In this document: positions 21,438 to 31,396 of the stretch, in pieces
How positions within the stretch are numbered: the first letter of the stretch is position 1
Layout of the letters: every line of letters begins with the position of its first letter
Source of the DNA: Candidatus Latescibacterota bacterium
GTDB taxonomy: Bacteria; Latescibacterota; UBA2968; UBA8231
Direction of reading: 5' to 3'
Length of the DNA stretch: 64,000 bases
NCBI GenBank assembly: GCA_965197905.1
Contig: CBDAOB010000003.1
Coordinates: 992,001 to 1,056,000 of the forward strand
Program-made: the position numbers and the translations under genes
The notes under the pieces: model-generated
What the model saw: the letters and a program-made list of their open reading frames with translations, nothing else
What the model was told of the DNA's origin: nothing
Databases searched by the model: none

Positions 21438-23072
21438 CTAGTCGGCTGAAGAGGTCCGAGCCTTGTACTCACTCTCCGTCAGCGTCATCGGCACTACAAG
21501 CGTGAAGGTCGTGCCCTTGCCGACTTCGCTGTCGACGAGAATATCGCCCTCGTGAGTTTCGAGGATCTGGTAGCATATCGACAAACCCAATCCCGTACCG
21601 ACCCCGACGCCCTTGGTGGTGTATCCCGGGTCGAAGATCTTCTGCAGGGATTCTTCGGGTATCCCCATCCCCGTATCGCTGATCTGGACGTGGACGTTGT
21701 CGCCTTCACAGAACGTCGTGATGGTGATCGTGCCTTTGTTTTCGATAGCCTGCACCGCGTTGATGAGCAGGTTCACGTAAACCTGATTGAGCTGGCGGGG
21801 GTTGCACGAGATCGGCGGTAGGTCGCCGTAACGGCGCTCCACCACGGCCTTGTTCTTCAACTCGTGGTGGACGAGCAGGAGAGTGTCCTCGATGCCTTCG
21901 TGTAGGTCGACAGTCTCGAACTCGGCTTCGTCGAGGCGGGCGAAGCTGCGCAGGCGCTGGACGATGTCGGTAACGCGCGCCGTGCCTGACGCGATCACGC
22001 GATTGGCATCCTCGATGACCTTGAACATCCTCGCTGTTTTCCGGTGTTGCTCTGATTCGCCGGACTCCGAAGCGTCGACCATCGATTTGAGTCTCTCTAT
22101 CGCCCTCACCAGCGTGTCGTAGGAGCTACTGATGGCGCCCACCGGGGTATTGATCTCGTGGGCGACGCCGGCGACGAGCATGCCGAGGGATGCCATCTTC
22201 GCGGATTGCACCAGCTGCCCCTGGGTCTGCTTGAGCTCACGCTCGGTTTGCACGCGTTCTTGGATCTCCTGGGTGAGTTGCTCGTTCGCATCCGTGAGCT
22301 CGGAGGTGCGCTGTCGCACGAGCTCCTCGAGATGCCGTTCATTCTCGCGCAGAGCGGCCTCGGCACGGTCTCGCTCGCTCTCCCGGTCGTTCAGCTGCTG
22401 CAGCATGTTGTTGAAACCGTCGTAGAGAGCACCGATCTCGTCGTCGCCGGTTTTCTGCACCCTGACGGAATAGGTGTTTTCGGCGGCGATGCGCCGCACG
22501 ACGCCGGCGAGGTCCAGGATGGGACCCGAAATGACGCGCTCGAAGCGAACCGCTAGCAGGACCGCTACGACGATCAAAGCGACCATCACCACCAGCATGT
22601 ACAGCACGCGACGCACGATCTTCTCGTGCAGTGAATCCGTGGAGGCCTGCAGATAGATGACGCCGTAGTGGTCGCCTTCGTAGACGATGGGTTCGTGTAT
22701 GAGCAGGCGATCCCGCTGGAATTCGCTGACGGCCTCCCGCGCCCCGTGCGCTACGGGGACCGCTTCAGGGTCGAGCGCCGCAAAAAGGTTGCCCTCCGCG
22801 TCGTAGACCGCGGCGTTGGTGATCGAGGGGATCGCGTTGAGCTTCGTCAGCATGCCGGCAGCGCCCTCTCTGTCGTCGAAGGCCAGCGGGGTCACGCAGT
22901 AGTCGCCGATGCCGCGCGCGGTGGTGGTCGTGCGGTCGACCATGTCACGCTTGAATGACGTGATGTCGGCGATGATGACGAGGGCGAAGCCACAACCCAG
23001 CGCTATGATCGTCACGGCCAGCATCATGGCGATCAGCTTACCCCTGATCGAGAGGTCCTGGAAGGTTTTCAC
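21438..23072 (-). CDS. Membrane sensor histidine kinase (periplasmic sensor, HAMP, HisKA, HATPase)
   Basis: Two TM segments, HAMP DEIGALYDGFN, H-box AGVAHEINTP, NLLINA, DTGMG and GTGLGL. Confidence 0.92.
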   Translation of the reverse strand: MKTFQDLSIRGKLIAMMLAVTIIALGCGFALVIIADITSFKRDMVDRTTTTARGIGDYCVTPLAFDDREGAAGMLTKLNAIPSITNAAVYDAEGNLFAALDPEAVPVAHGAREAVSEFQRDRLLIHEPIVYEGDHYGVIYLQASTDSLHEKIVRRVLYMLVVMVALIVVAVLLAVRFERVISGPILDLAGVVRRIAAENTYSVRVQKTGDDEIGALYDGFNNMLQQLNDRESERDRAEAALRENERHLEELVRQRTSELTDANEQLTQEIQERVQTERELKQTQGQLVQSAKMASLGMLVAGVAHEINTPVGAISSSYDTLVRAIERLKSMVDASESGESEQHRKTARMFKVIEDANRVIASGTARVTDIVQRLRSFARLDEAEFETVDLHEGIEDTLLLVHHELKNKAVVERRYGDLPPISCNPRQLNQVYVNLLINAVQAIENKGTITITTFCEGDNVHVQISDTGMGIPEESLQKIFDPGYTTKGVGVGTGLGLSICYQILETHEGDILVDSEVGKGTTFTLVVPMTLTESEYKARTSSAD

Positions 23073-23076
23073 GATA

Positions 23077-23619
23077 CTATCTCACCGGATGGACGATGCG
23101 GGCGAGGTTGAGCAGGAGGTAGGAGAAGGTCAATCCGGAAGCGTGCACGGCGCGTTCGTTAATCTCGAATTTCACTTTCCCTTTCTGGCGATGGAAGTTG
23201 ATGAGGACGCCGCGCTCGGCAAATCCTCTCGTATCGGCCACGGTGAGTATCGGCCTGTCGCGCGTGCGCACGACGATGTCGGCAAGCCGGTCGCCCGCCG
23301 AGTCGGTGATGAACAGGAGATTGCAGGCGGCGATTTCGTCCAGCTCTGCGAGGTAGCGTATATCGACGGGTGAGCTCTTTATCCTGCGCTCGGCATAGAT
23401 CTGTTCGAGCAGCGTGCCGAAAGGGCTGTCACCGATGACGCCGATCACAAACGGACGGGTCGTGTCGGCGACAGTCGAGGTTTCCGGCCACTGGACAAAG
23501 CGCGTGAACTTGTCCAGAAACACGGCCTTCATCTGGTATTCCCGGTACTCGCCCGTGGTGGAGGGAGGGACCACTAGCATGACGCAGAAAAGGATCGAAC
23601 AAGCCCTGTGAACGGTCAC
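23077..23619 (-). CDS. yfiR: YfiR/HmsC-family (DUF4154) periplasmic protein
   Basis: EYQMKAVFLDKFTRFVQWP, CNLLFI, ILTVAD and KVKFEIN..LLNLA. Adjacent to a HAMP kinase. Confidence 0.85.
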   Translation of the reverse strand: MTVHRACSILFCVMLVVPPSTTGEYREYQMKAVFLDKFTRFVQWPETSTVADTTRPFVIGVIGDSPFGTLLEQIYAERRIKSSPVDIRYLAELDEIAACNLLFITDSAGDRLADIVVRTRDRPILTVADTRGFAERGVLINFHRQKGKVKFEINERAVHASGLTFSYLLLNLARIVHPVR

Positions 23620-23847
23620 GTGTTATCCTACGACGGATTATTGGGAGAGCGCGATAATCTAAGATTCTCTCCAAAATATACCACCGCGGTCAGGGGTGCA
23701 CCGGCACCATGCGATAGAAAACCTGGATAATCGGGCGCCGCTTCCATACTGTCGATCGGCACGAGCAAGTTATACCAAATGGTAAACGCGGGGGAGATAC
23801 CGGCGTTCAAGTTGGGCGTGAATACTCTGTTCGAACAGAGAAGTGCT

Positions 23848-23900
23848 CCTCCATTCCCCATATGAAACTTGAAAAACGCTTTTCAAAAGTGCCATAAGAT
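23848..23900 (+). mobile_element. Isolated 53-bp copy of the IS1380 left end
   Basis: cctccattccccatatgaaacttgaaaaacgcttttcaaaagtgccataagat matches the reverse complement of 16784-16836 with 2 mismatches. Confidence 0.8.
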
Positions 23901-24215
23901 CGGACCAACGTACCGGCCGTTCGGACCTCAATCCTTAACTTGCCCATCATGCCGGGTTCAGCTTCTTCTTCCATCGGCTCGTAGTCGTCGGGCAGAAGCC
24001 AGAGATTACTCATGTTTTTTCTCCGTGTTTGCGGTATGTAGGATTTCCTTTGTAAATGGAGATACAGCCAACTTTCGCCGACCCTCCCCCTTTGCGCTAT
24101 CTTCTGGGAGATTTTGGCAGATTCGATTGAGTTTGTGGGGTGTTTTGTGGGCAAGCCCTCCAAAGGCAAATTTCCAACTAACTGTTTTCACAAGAGTTAA
24201 GTTGCGACACCCCTA
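23901..24215 (-). mobile_element. Possible end of a second IS with a truncated ORF start (family unclear)
   Basis: AT-rich stretch beginning gggtgtcgcaacttaac on the minus strand. Short ORF MSNLWLLPDDYEPMEE.. with an RBS, cut off at the IS1380 end. Confidence 0.3.
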
Positions 24216-24228
24216 ACAGAGATGACCA

Positions 24229-27200
24229 ATGAGAATCATAGGTGATACGGTTCATCTCGCGGCCACGGACCTGGCCAACCATCTATCCTGCCGCTACCTC
24301 ACGCACCTTGAAAAAGCCGCCGCTAGAGGAGAGGCCCGTCGCCCGACGTGGACAGATCCGGCAGCGGAGGTTCTGCAGCAAAAAGGGTTCGAGCACGAAC
24401 GCAATTACCTCGAACATCTGAACGCCGGCGGTCTCGAGATTGTCGGAGCCGGCGATGGTGACGGATCGGCTTCCCAGAGAGTTCTCGAGCTCATGCGCGA
24501 AGGTGTCGACGGCATCGCGCAGGCGGTTCTCGAGGCCGGGCGCTGGATCGGGCGCGCGGATATGCTGCTCAGGGTCGATCGACCGAGCAACCTGGGGAGC
24601 TGGTCGTACGAAGTAGTGGACACGAAGCTGGCGGCCGAAACCCGCGCCGCCACGATCCTGCAACTCTGTCTCTATTCCGACCTCGTGAGCCGGCTGCAAG
24701 GCTGCTATCCCGAGCTAATGCACGTGGTCGCGCCTGGTGGTGACTTCCAACCAGAAACGTTCCGTACCTCTCATTACCTCGCTTATTATCGTCAGGTGCA
24801 AAAAAGGCTGGCGGAAGCTGTGGATGTCGATGGGAGCGAGAAGCCCTATCCGGAGCCGGTGCCCCACTGTGAACTCTGTTCCTGGTGGCGTCACTGCGAT
24901 CAGCGCCGGCACGACGACGACCACTTGAGCCTCGTAGCCGGGATATCGCGGAGCCAGCGGGACGAACTGGAGGAGTGGGGCATTAGATCGCTAGAAGCCC
25001 TGGGCGAAACGCCCCTCGAGGCCGATCGGCGTCCCAACCGCGGGGCGCGGGAAGCGCTTGAGCGGGCGCAGGATCAAGCCCGCATGCAACTGGAAGGGCG
25101 CCGTCGTCGAAAACCATACCGCGAGACTATTCTGCCAATAGAGGACGAGGCCGGACTCGCTCGTCTTCCGGAGCCGCATCCTGGTGATGTGTTCTTCGAT
25201 ATCGAAGGGGATCGGTTTGTAGGAGCGGGAGGATTGGAATATCTGTTGGGTTGGGCGATGAAGACGGACGGCGAGAAGGCGTATCGCGCGGTCTGGTCGT
25301 ACCACGGCGATGAAGAGCGAGTAGCGTTCGAGCTGTTTGTGGATCAGGTGATGAAGCAATGGCGAGACTATCCCGGCATGCATATCTACCACTTCGCTCC
25401 GTACGAACCGGCGGCATTAAAACGTATGATGGGTCGCCACGCCACCCGTGAGGAGGAGGTGGATCAGATGTTGCGGGGCGGTTTATTTGTCGACCTCTAC
25501 GCAGTAGTCCGTGAAGGAGTACGTGCCAGTGTCGAGAGTTATTCCATCAAGCGGCTAGAGCAGTTCTACGAATTCTCGAGAGCGGTGGGGTTGGAGCAGG
25601 TAGGGCTTCCCAAACGCAAGCTGGAGGCCATGCTGGAGCTGGGGCATGGCACCGCGATTCCCGCAGCGTGGAAGGAGGTGGTCGAGCGCTATAACGAGGA
25701 CGATTGCTGGTCGACACTGGAGCTGCGCAATTGGCTGGAAAAAGTGAGATGCCAGGCCGAGCAAGATGGGACGACAATCCCCAGGCCTCCGGTTCAGGAG
25801 CCGGAGGCTCCGGAGCAAATCCAAGAACGGGAGCGCAAGATTCAAATGGTCAGAGAGAGCCTTCTGAGGGAGGTTCCCCTAGAATCGGAGGAGCGTACGA
25901 GTGAACAGCAGGGCCGCTGGTTACTGGCTTACATGCTGGACTGGCATCGGCGCGAGGAGAAGGTGTCCTGGTGGGAGTATTTTCGTCTTCGGCAAATGCC
26001 GGACGATGAGCTATTGCACGAAAAAGCAGCCATCTCCGGGTTGCAGTTTGTGCAGGCGGTGCCGGGCGCAGGCCGCACCCCAACCCACCGCTACCGCTTT
26101 CCACAACAGCTCACCGAGATTCGCGAGGACAAGAAGCTAAAGGATGGAGCAGGTGAGGACTTTGGTACGGTGGTGGCGGTAGATCCGATGGAATGGACCA
26201 TCGATATTAAAAAGACCAACCGTGCGACGGATCAACATCCGTCAAGCGTATTTGTTTTCGAGTTCATCGGCGGGGGAACGATCGCCCAATCCCTTATGCG
26301 CCTGGGTGAATGGGTGACAGAGCACGGGATCGACCAGCCTGGACCTTGTCGCGCCGGCAGAGACCTGCTGCTCCGACACCGTCCCCGTCGTACGACCGAA
26401 GGGACTTCGACGCTCCGGGCACAAGAGGAACCTTCCTTGGATGCTGCACGGCGGTTGGTACTTGAACTCGGCGAAGGTCTGTTGCCGATCCAGGGTCCGC
26501 CCGGTGCCGGCAAGACCTTCACTGGAGGGCAGATGATTGTCAAGCTGGTAAAGGCTAACAAGCGGGTCGGTGTAACGGCGGTCAGCCACAAGGTAATTCG
26601 CAATCTGTTGGAATCTGCGGTCAAGACTGCAAATTCAGTAGGCGCTGGCGAGATTTCTGGATTGGCCTGCGTGCACAAGGTTGCTTCTCGTTCAGAAGTG
26701 CCGAGCCAGGGTATTCTGGAAACAACCAGCAACGACGAGGCGCTGGCGCTGCTGGAGGCGAAAAGGGTCCAGGTTGTGGGTGGCACGGCCTGGCTCTGGT
26801 CCCGTCCGGAGTATCGCGAGGCGGTGGACGTTCTGTTTGTCGACGAAGCGGGGCAGATGTCGCTGGCCAATACCGTGGCGGTCGCACAGGGCGCGAGAAA
26901 TCTGGTGTTATTGGGAGACCCGCAACAGCTGGAGCAACCTCAACAGGGCAGCCATCCCGAAGGGACCGACGTTTCCGCGCTGCAGCATGTCCTGGGGGAC
27001 GCGCCGACTATGCCCAAGGATCGCGGCCTGTTTTTGGAGCGGACCTGGCGTCTGCATCCACAAATCTGCGCGTTTACCTCAAGCCAGTTCTACGATGACA
27101 AACTGGCTTCTCGGGAGGGTCTCGACAGACAGGTGCTGTGGCGGTCCCGACGGTTCAATGGGGCTGGCCTGTTCGTCTTGCCGGTCGAGCATGATGGCAA

Positions 27201-27639
27201 TCAGAGCGCATCCCGAGAAGAGGTAGACTGCGTCGAGGAAGTCATGCGGGAGCTGTTGTGGGGAGGTGTGACCTGGACGACCGCCGAGGGCGAGGAGAAA
27301 CCGCTCACCAACGATGACATTCTGATCGTAGCGCCGTACAATGTGCAGGTCGCGGATCTACAAGCCCGATTACCGCAAGCCCGAGTGGGCACCGTGGACA
27401 AATTCCAAGGCCAGGAGGCGGCAGTTGTGATCTACTCGATGACCACCTCCTCGGCAGAAGAAGCCCCGCGTGGTATGGAGTTTCTCTACAGTCTCAATCG
27501 CTTGAATGTCGCTACCTCGAGAGCCCGGTGCGTCTGTATCCTGGTAGCGAGTCCACGGTTGTTCGAGCCGGACTGCAAGAGTCCGAGGCAGATGCGGTTG
27601 GCGAACGCGTTCTGTGAATATCTGGAGCGGCAGAATTGA
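24229..27639 (+). CDS. TM0106-family RecB-like nuclease fused to an RNase H-like domain and an SF1 (DNA2/NAM7-like) helicase
   Basis: GRADML..YEVVDTK..LQLCLY nuclease, FFDIEG..HFAPYE..YSIK..YNEDD RNase H-like region, Walker A QGPPGAGKT, DEAGQ, LLGDPQQL and GTVDKFQGQE..NRLNVATSRA. Confidence 0.9.
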   Translation: MRIIGDTVHLAATDLANHLSCRYLTHLEKAAARGEARRPTWTDPAAEVLQQKGFEHERNYLEHLNAGGLEIVGAGDGDGSASQRVLELMREGVDGIAQAVLEAGRWIGRADMLLRVDRPSNLGSWSYEVVDTKLAAETRAATILQLCLYSDLVSRLQGCYPELMHVVAPGGDFQPETFRTSHYLAYYRQVQKRLAEAVDVDGSEKPYPEPVPHCELCSWWRHCDQRRHDDDHLSLVAGISRSQRDELEEWGIRSLEALGETPLEADRRPNRGAREALERAQDQARMQLEGRRRRKPYRETILPIEDEAGLARLPEPHPGDVFFDIEGDRFVGAGGLEYLLGWAMKTDGEKAYRAVWSYHGDEERVAFELFVDQVMKQWRDYPGMHIYHFAPYEPAALKRMMGRHATREEEVDQMLRGGLFVDLYAVVREGVRASVESYSIKRLEQFYEFSRAVGLEQVGLPKRKLEAMLELGHGTAIPAAWKEVVERYNEDDCWSTLELRNWLEKVRCQAEQDGTTIPRPPVQEPEAPEQIQERERKIQMVRESLLREVPLESEERTSEQQGRWLLAYMLDWHRREEKVSWWEYFRLRQMPDDELLHEKAAISGLQFVQAVPGAGRTPTHRYRFPQQLTEIREDKKLKDGAGEDFGTVVAVDPMEWTIDIKKTNRATDQHPSSVFVFEFIGGGTIAQSLMRLGEWVTEHGIDQPGPCRAGRDLLLRHRPRRTTEGTSTLRAQEEPSLDAARRLVLELGEGLLPIQGPPGAGKTFTGGQMIVKLVKANKRVGVTAVSHKVIRNLLESAVKTANSVGAGEISGLACVHKVASRSEVPSQGILETTSNDEALALLEAKRVQVVGGTAWLWSRPEYREAVDVLFVDEAGQMSLANTVAVAQGARNLVLLGDPQQLEQPQQGSHPEGTDVSALQHVLGDAPTMPKDRGLFLERTWRLHPQICAFTSSQFYDDKLASREGLDRQVLWRSRRFNGAGLFVLPVEHDGNQSASREEVDCVEEVMRELLWGGVTWTTAEGEEKPLTNDDILIVAPYNVQVADLQARLPQARVGTVDKFQGQEAAVVIYSMTTSSAEEAPRGMEFLYSLNRLNVATSRARCVCILVASPRLFEPDCKSPRQMRLANAFCEYLERQN

Positions 27640-27640
27640 A

Positions 27641-28714
27641 TCAATCCGGTCGCGAATAGAACACCAGCTTGTCAGGATCCAACTCGATCCCGTGGCCGGG
27701 CCGGTCGGGAGCGATCGCGTGCCCGTCCTCGAATCGCACCGGCTCCTGCGCGAGGTCGTTCCATCTCAAATCGGAAAATTCCATGTAGAGGCATTCCGGG
27801 AGACTGGCGGCAAGATGGACGCCAATCTCGAGAATGGTGTTCCCCAACGAAACCGGCACACCATGATCCCCTGCAAGCCGAGCCGCGGCGCGAGACATGG
27901 TCACCGATCCGTGAATATTGAGCACGTCGACGGCGTTGCGTTCCAACAATTTGCGTTTTCCCGAATAGCCAACGTATTCGCCCGTATTGACCCGCGCAAA
28001 GAACAGTTCGTTGCAAAGAGATGAGTAACCCGCGTAATCTTCGCGAGTGATCGGGTCTTCGACCCAGAAGATCTCGAATCCGGCATCCCGATACCGGTGC
28101 AATCGCACCAGGGTTTCTTTGACGGACCACGCTTCGTTGGCATCGATCATCAAGTCGCCCTCACTCCCGAGGACCTCCCTGGCGATTCCCAGCCGACGCA
28201 GATCCCAGCTGATGTCCGGATGCGCGACTTTCGTTTTCACGGAAGAGAATCCCATATCGCGAAAGCGTTGGAGCTTTTCGCGGTACTGATCGTCGTCCAG
28301 CCGGAAATCCAAGGTGCTGGCGTAGGCGCGCACGCGAGGGTCCCCGCCACCGAGGACTCTGTAGAGCGGCTGACCCTGCTGTTTTCCGATCAGGTCCCAG
28401 AGGGCGGTCTCCACCTGCAGCGAGAGATCTCCCGAGCCGACGTTTCCGCCGCGAGGACGCGTAATCCGATTGACCAGTGCCAAGGGCGACTGACCCTTCA
28501 GGCTGGTCCAGGCAGAGCCCTCGAATTTGGCGTTCATCTCCTCCAGGAGAGGAGTGGGGACCGTACTGGTCTCAAATCCGATCCCCGTGTGTCCCTCGTC
28601 CGTGTGCAGCTCCAGCACCGTCGTCCAAAAACGGTCCACCCGCACCTGCGAATCGCCAATGGGTTCCCGCAGGGGAATTAGTGTTCGATGAAAAGTGTAG
28701 TCGGTAATCTGCAT
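27641..28714 (-). CDS. Mandelate racemase/muconate lactonizing enzyme family
   Basis: ALWDLIGK, KTK, MIDANE, WVEDP, TGE and PDRPGHGIE. Confidence 0.9.
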   Translation of the reverse strand: MQITDYTFHRTLIPLREPIGDSQVRVDRFWTTVLELHTDEGHTGIGFETSTVPTPLLEEMNAKFEGSAWTSLKGQSPLALVNRITRPRGGNVGSGDLSLQVETALWDLIGKQQGQPLYRVLGGGDPRVRAYASTLDFRLDDDQYREKLQRFRDMGFSSVKTKVAHPDISWDLRRLGIAREVLGSEGDLMIDANEAWSVKETLVRLHRYRDAGFEIFWVEDPITREDYAGYSSLCNELFFARVNTGEYVGYSGKRKLLERNAVDVLNIHGSVTMSRAAARLAGDHGVPVSLGNTILEIGVHLAASLPECLYMEFSDLRWNDLAQEPVRFEDGHAIAPDRPGHGIELDPDKLVFYSRPD

Positions 28715-28785
28715 GGGAGAATCTTCTCCACGTTTTGTGTAGAAACTGCGTTGGCCGCGCCGGAACCCAGCGGCCGATCACGGGC

Positions 28786-29868
28786 TTACGGTCTCAAGCG
28801 ATAAAAGGAGGCATCGGGGGCGCACGAGAAGCAGCCGAGGACCCACGGATACTCGTCAGTCACGTAATAGCCGTACTGGCCGTCGACGACCATGCCGTTG
28901 CATTCGTCAAGATCGCCGACGCCGGCCGAATATTCGTAGTCTCCGCGAAACTGGCCGTCGTAGTTCGAGCTGGCGACTGCGCCCTGGCCGGCCGTAGGGG
29001 TACCGTATCCGTCGACATTCTGCCTAGGGCCAGCCCCGTCCTTGAGCACGTAGCTGGATAGCGCCTTGCGCACCGTTCCATCGTCCTCAAAGCACGAACC
29101 GTAGATAGGAAACCCATCGGCCGCGAACCCGATGACCGGTGAAACCCTTCCAACAGTCTCGCAGTCACTTTCAAACATAGCCATAGGATTTCCGTGATAA
29201 TGGTAGGTGCCGTCGGGTTGCGTGTGGGCGTTGTTGCGATCGGTGCCGAAATCGTTCAACGGAGACATCGGATCGTAACGCCAAGGGTTGTCGATCTGGT
29301 CCTGGCCGCAGCCGATCTTTTCCCGGCCCAGCGGTTCGGGTCCAACGTCGTAACATGCGGCAGCTAGCAGGTCCAGCTTGACGCCATTGAGAAAGATCGC
29401 GTCATCACCGAGTATCAATGGGGTCGTGTTGGTGGAAACCGACGGCATTGCCGCGACCTCGTATCGGTCCGACTGCTCAGCCACCGGGTGCGCGAAGCGA
29501 CCGCCATCATTGAAGTCGTGGTTGGGTATGGCATTGGTTGCGAAAACACATTTACCTTCCGGCGACCGGGTGATGGACAAGGACCCTGAAAAGTCCAGGC
29601 CGCGCTGGACGTCGGTCACATTCGATACATAGATGTCGGTGTAGTCTCCACAGTACCCGTCGAAATTGTTGAAAATAGCATTGGTGATGTCGATACTGGT
29701 GGAACCTGATTCCTGTTCGTTTTCTGAATCTGTGCCCTCGTTTGTCGCTGGCTGCGATTCCCCAGTGTCGGCTGAGACCGGATCTTCATTCCCCGTACCG
29801 GAGGAGCTGTCTCCACAAGCGGACCAAAACAACGAAAAGAGCAGAATGATCGGTAGCGTCGGAGTCAT
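28786..29868 (-). CDS. YHYH-domain lipoprotein
   Basis: Lipobox-like WSAC, NAIPNHDF, NAHTQPDGTYHYHG, GFAADGFPIYG and DLDECNG. Confidence 0.85.
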   Translation of the reverse strand: MTPTLPIILLFSLFWSACGDSSSGTGNEDPVSADTGESQPATNEGTDSENEQESGSTSIDITNAIFNNFDGYCGDYTDIYVSNVTDVQRGLDFSGSLSITRSPEGKCVFATNAIPNHDFNDGGRFAHPVAEQSDRYEVAAMPSVSTNTTPLILGDDAIFLNGVKLDLLAAACYDVGPEPLGREKIGCGQDQIDNPWRYDPMSPLNDFGTDRNNAHTQPDGTYHYHGNPMAMFESDCETVGRVSPVIGFAADGFPIYGSCFEDDGTVRKALSSYVLKDGAGPRQNVDGYGTPTAGQGAVASSNYDGQFRGDYEYSAGVGDLDECNGMVVDGQYGYYVTDEYPWVLGCFSCAPDASFYRLRP

Positions 29869-29919
29869 CTTTCTCCCATCCGTAGCCCAAGTCATCAAAC
29901 CTTCGGAACGCAAATAAAC

Positions 29920-31370
29920 ATGAACCACAATTCCATATCAATACCGTTAGGCGAGCGCCAGCTCTTCCTCGACGATCACGTCGTGAAAGAGGTGGTGAAT
30001 CTCACCCGCACGATGCATTCGCCCACCAAGAGAGGGACCGTCATTCGGCCAGATGCGGGTGAACATGCGGTGCAGACTCGCTGTGTACCCTTCTGGGACC
30101 CCGACGACAAGGTATTCAAGTACTGGGTCGGCGGCTATCGCGAGAGCCATGATGGACTGAACTGGCACAAGGTTCCCCACGAACAGAACACGGAGGTGGC
30201 ACGCTGCGTGTTTTACGACCCCGTGGATCCCGACCCGACGAGACGTTTCAAGGCGTGGCAACCCGATGCGTTTCACGTTTCGGACGACGGCTTTACGTGG
30301 AGGGAGCTGGATGTGAAACCGATTCCCGCCGGTGATGACTACAATTTCTCGCTTGACGAGCAGAACCGCCTTTACATTGCCACGGTCAAACATTCCGCCA
30401 CCTACGGGCGCTCCATATGGCTTTCGACCAGCATTGATTTCGAGGAGTGGGCTGAGCCCGAATTCATTTTCGAGGCGGACGAGCTGGATCAGGAACTGGC
30501 AAGACAACGCATCGCTGAATGGTTTGAAGATCCGACGCGTCCTCATCCCTACATCAACGTTCCCGAACACTACGGTGTCGATATCTACAACATGGGGGCC
30601 TTTCGGTACGAGGGACTCTACATCGGGTTGCCCTCCTTCTTCCATCACAGCGGTACCGTTCGCCCGGATTGGCCGGGGTACGCGGACATGGATCTGGCGC
30701 CGGCCGCTCGGGAGTACATCGCCGAGTACGGTGACTACAGCGGTTTTCACCACGTGCAGCTGACCTGCAGCCGCGACCTGCGGAATTGGCGACGTTTGGG
30801 AGATCGTCAACCGTTCATCGATTGCTCTCCGCTTAGAAGTGGTGCTCACGACCTTTCGTCGGTGAGGCCGGCATCGAACGTTCTCATCCGCGATGACGAG
30901 CTCTGGTTCTATTATACAGGTATACAGGCGGTAAATACTACGAGATCATTCGCCTTGGAGAGGCCGATTGTTACGCAATCTGCCTAGCGGTGTTGCGCCG
31001 GGATGGATTCGTGTCACTTGATGCGAATGAAGAGGTCGGGAGCGTGACAACGCGAGCGATCGAAGTGCCTTCCGGAGCACGGCGCCTTTTTGTCAATGCA
31101 GATCTTTCGGACGGCGAGTTGCGGGCGGTAGTTCTGGAGCCTGGAGGCCGGCCGTGGGATGACTTTACCGAGCCGCAGGTCGTGCTGGTGCCAGGCAAAA
31201 CGACGGAGACCTACTATCTACCCCGTTACAGCAACACCATTACCGGTGACCAGACCAAAGCAGAGCTTGTTTGGGACGGTCACAAGGATTTAAGCGTTCT
31301 TGCCGGGTGCGAGATCAGCCTGCGCTTCGCTTTAACCAACGGAAGTCTCTACTCCTTCTGGTGCGAGTAG
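29920..31370 (+). pseudogene. Five-bladed beta-propeller glycosidase-like protein, frameshifted by an 8-bp tandem duplication
   Basis: RQLFLDD, YRESHDGLNW, QLTCSRD and ELWFYYTG. Deleting one TATACAGG (30913-30928) gives YYTGGKYYE..AICLAVLRRDGFVSL, continuous with ORF 30990-31370. Confidence 0.85.
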
Positions 31371-31396
31371 CCGGTAGTCGCGAACCCCGCTTGACT

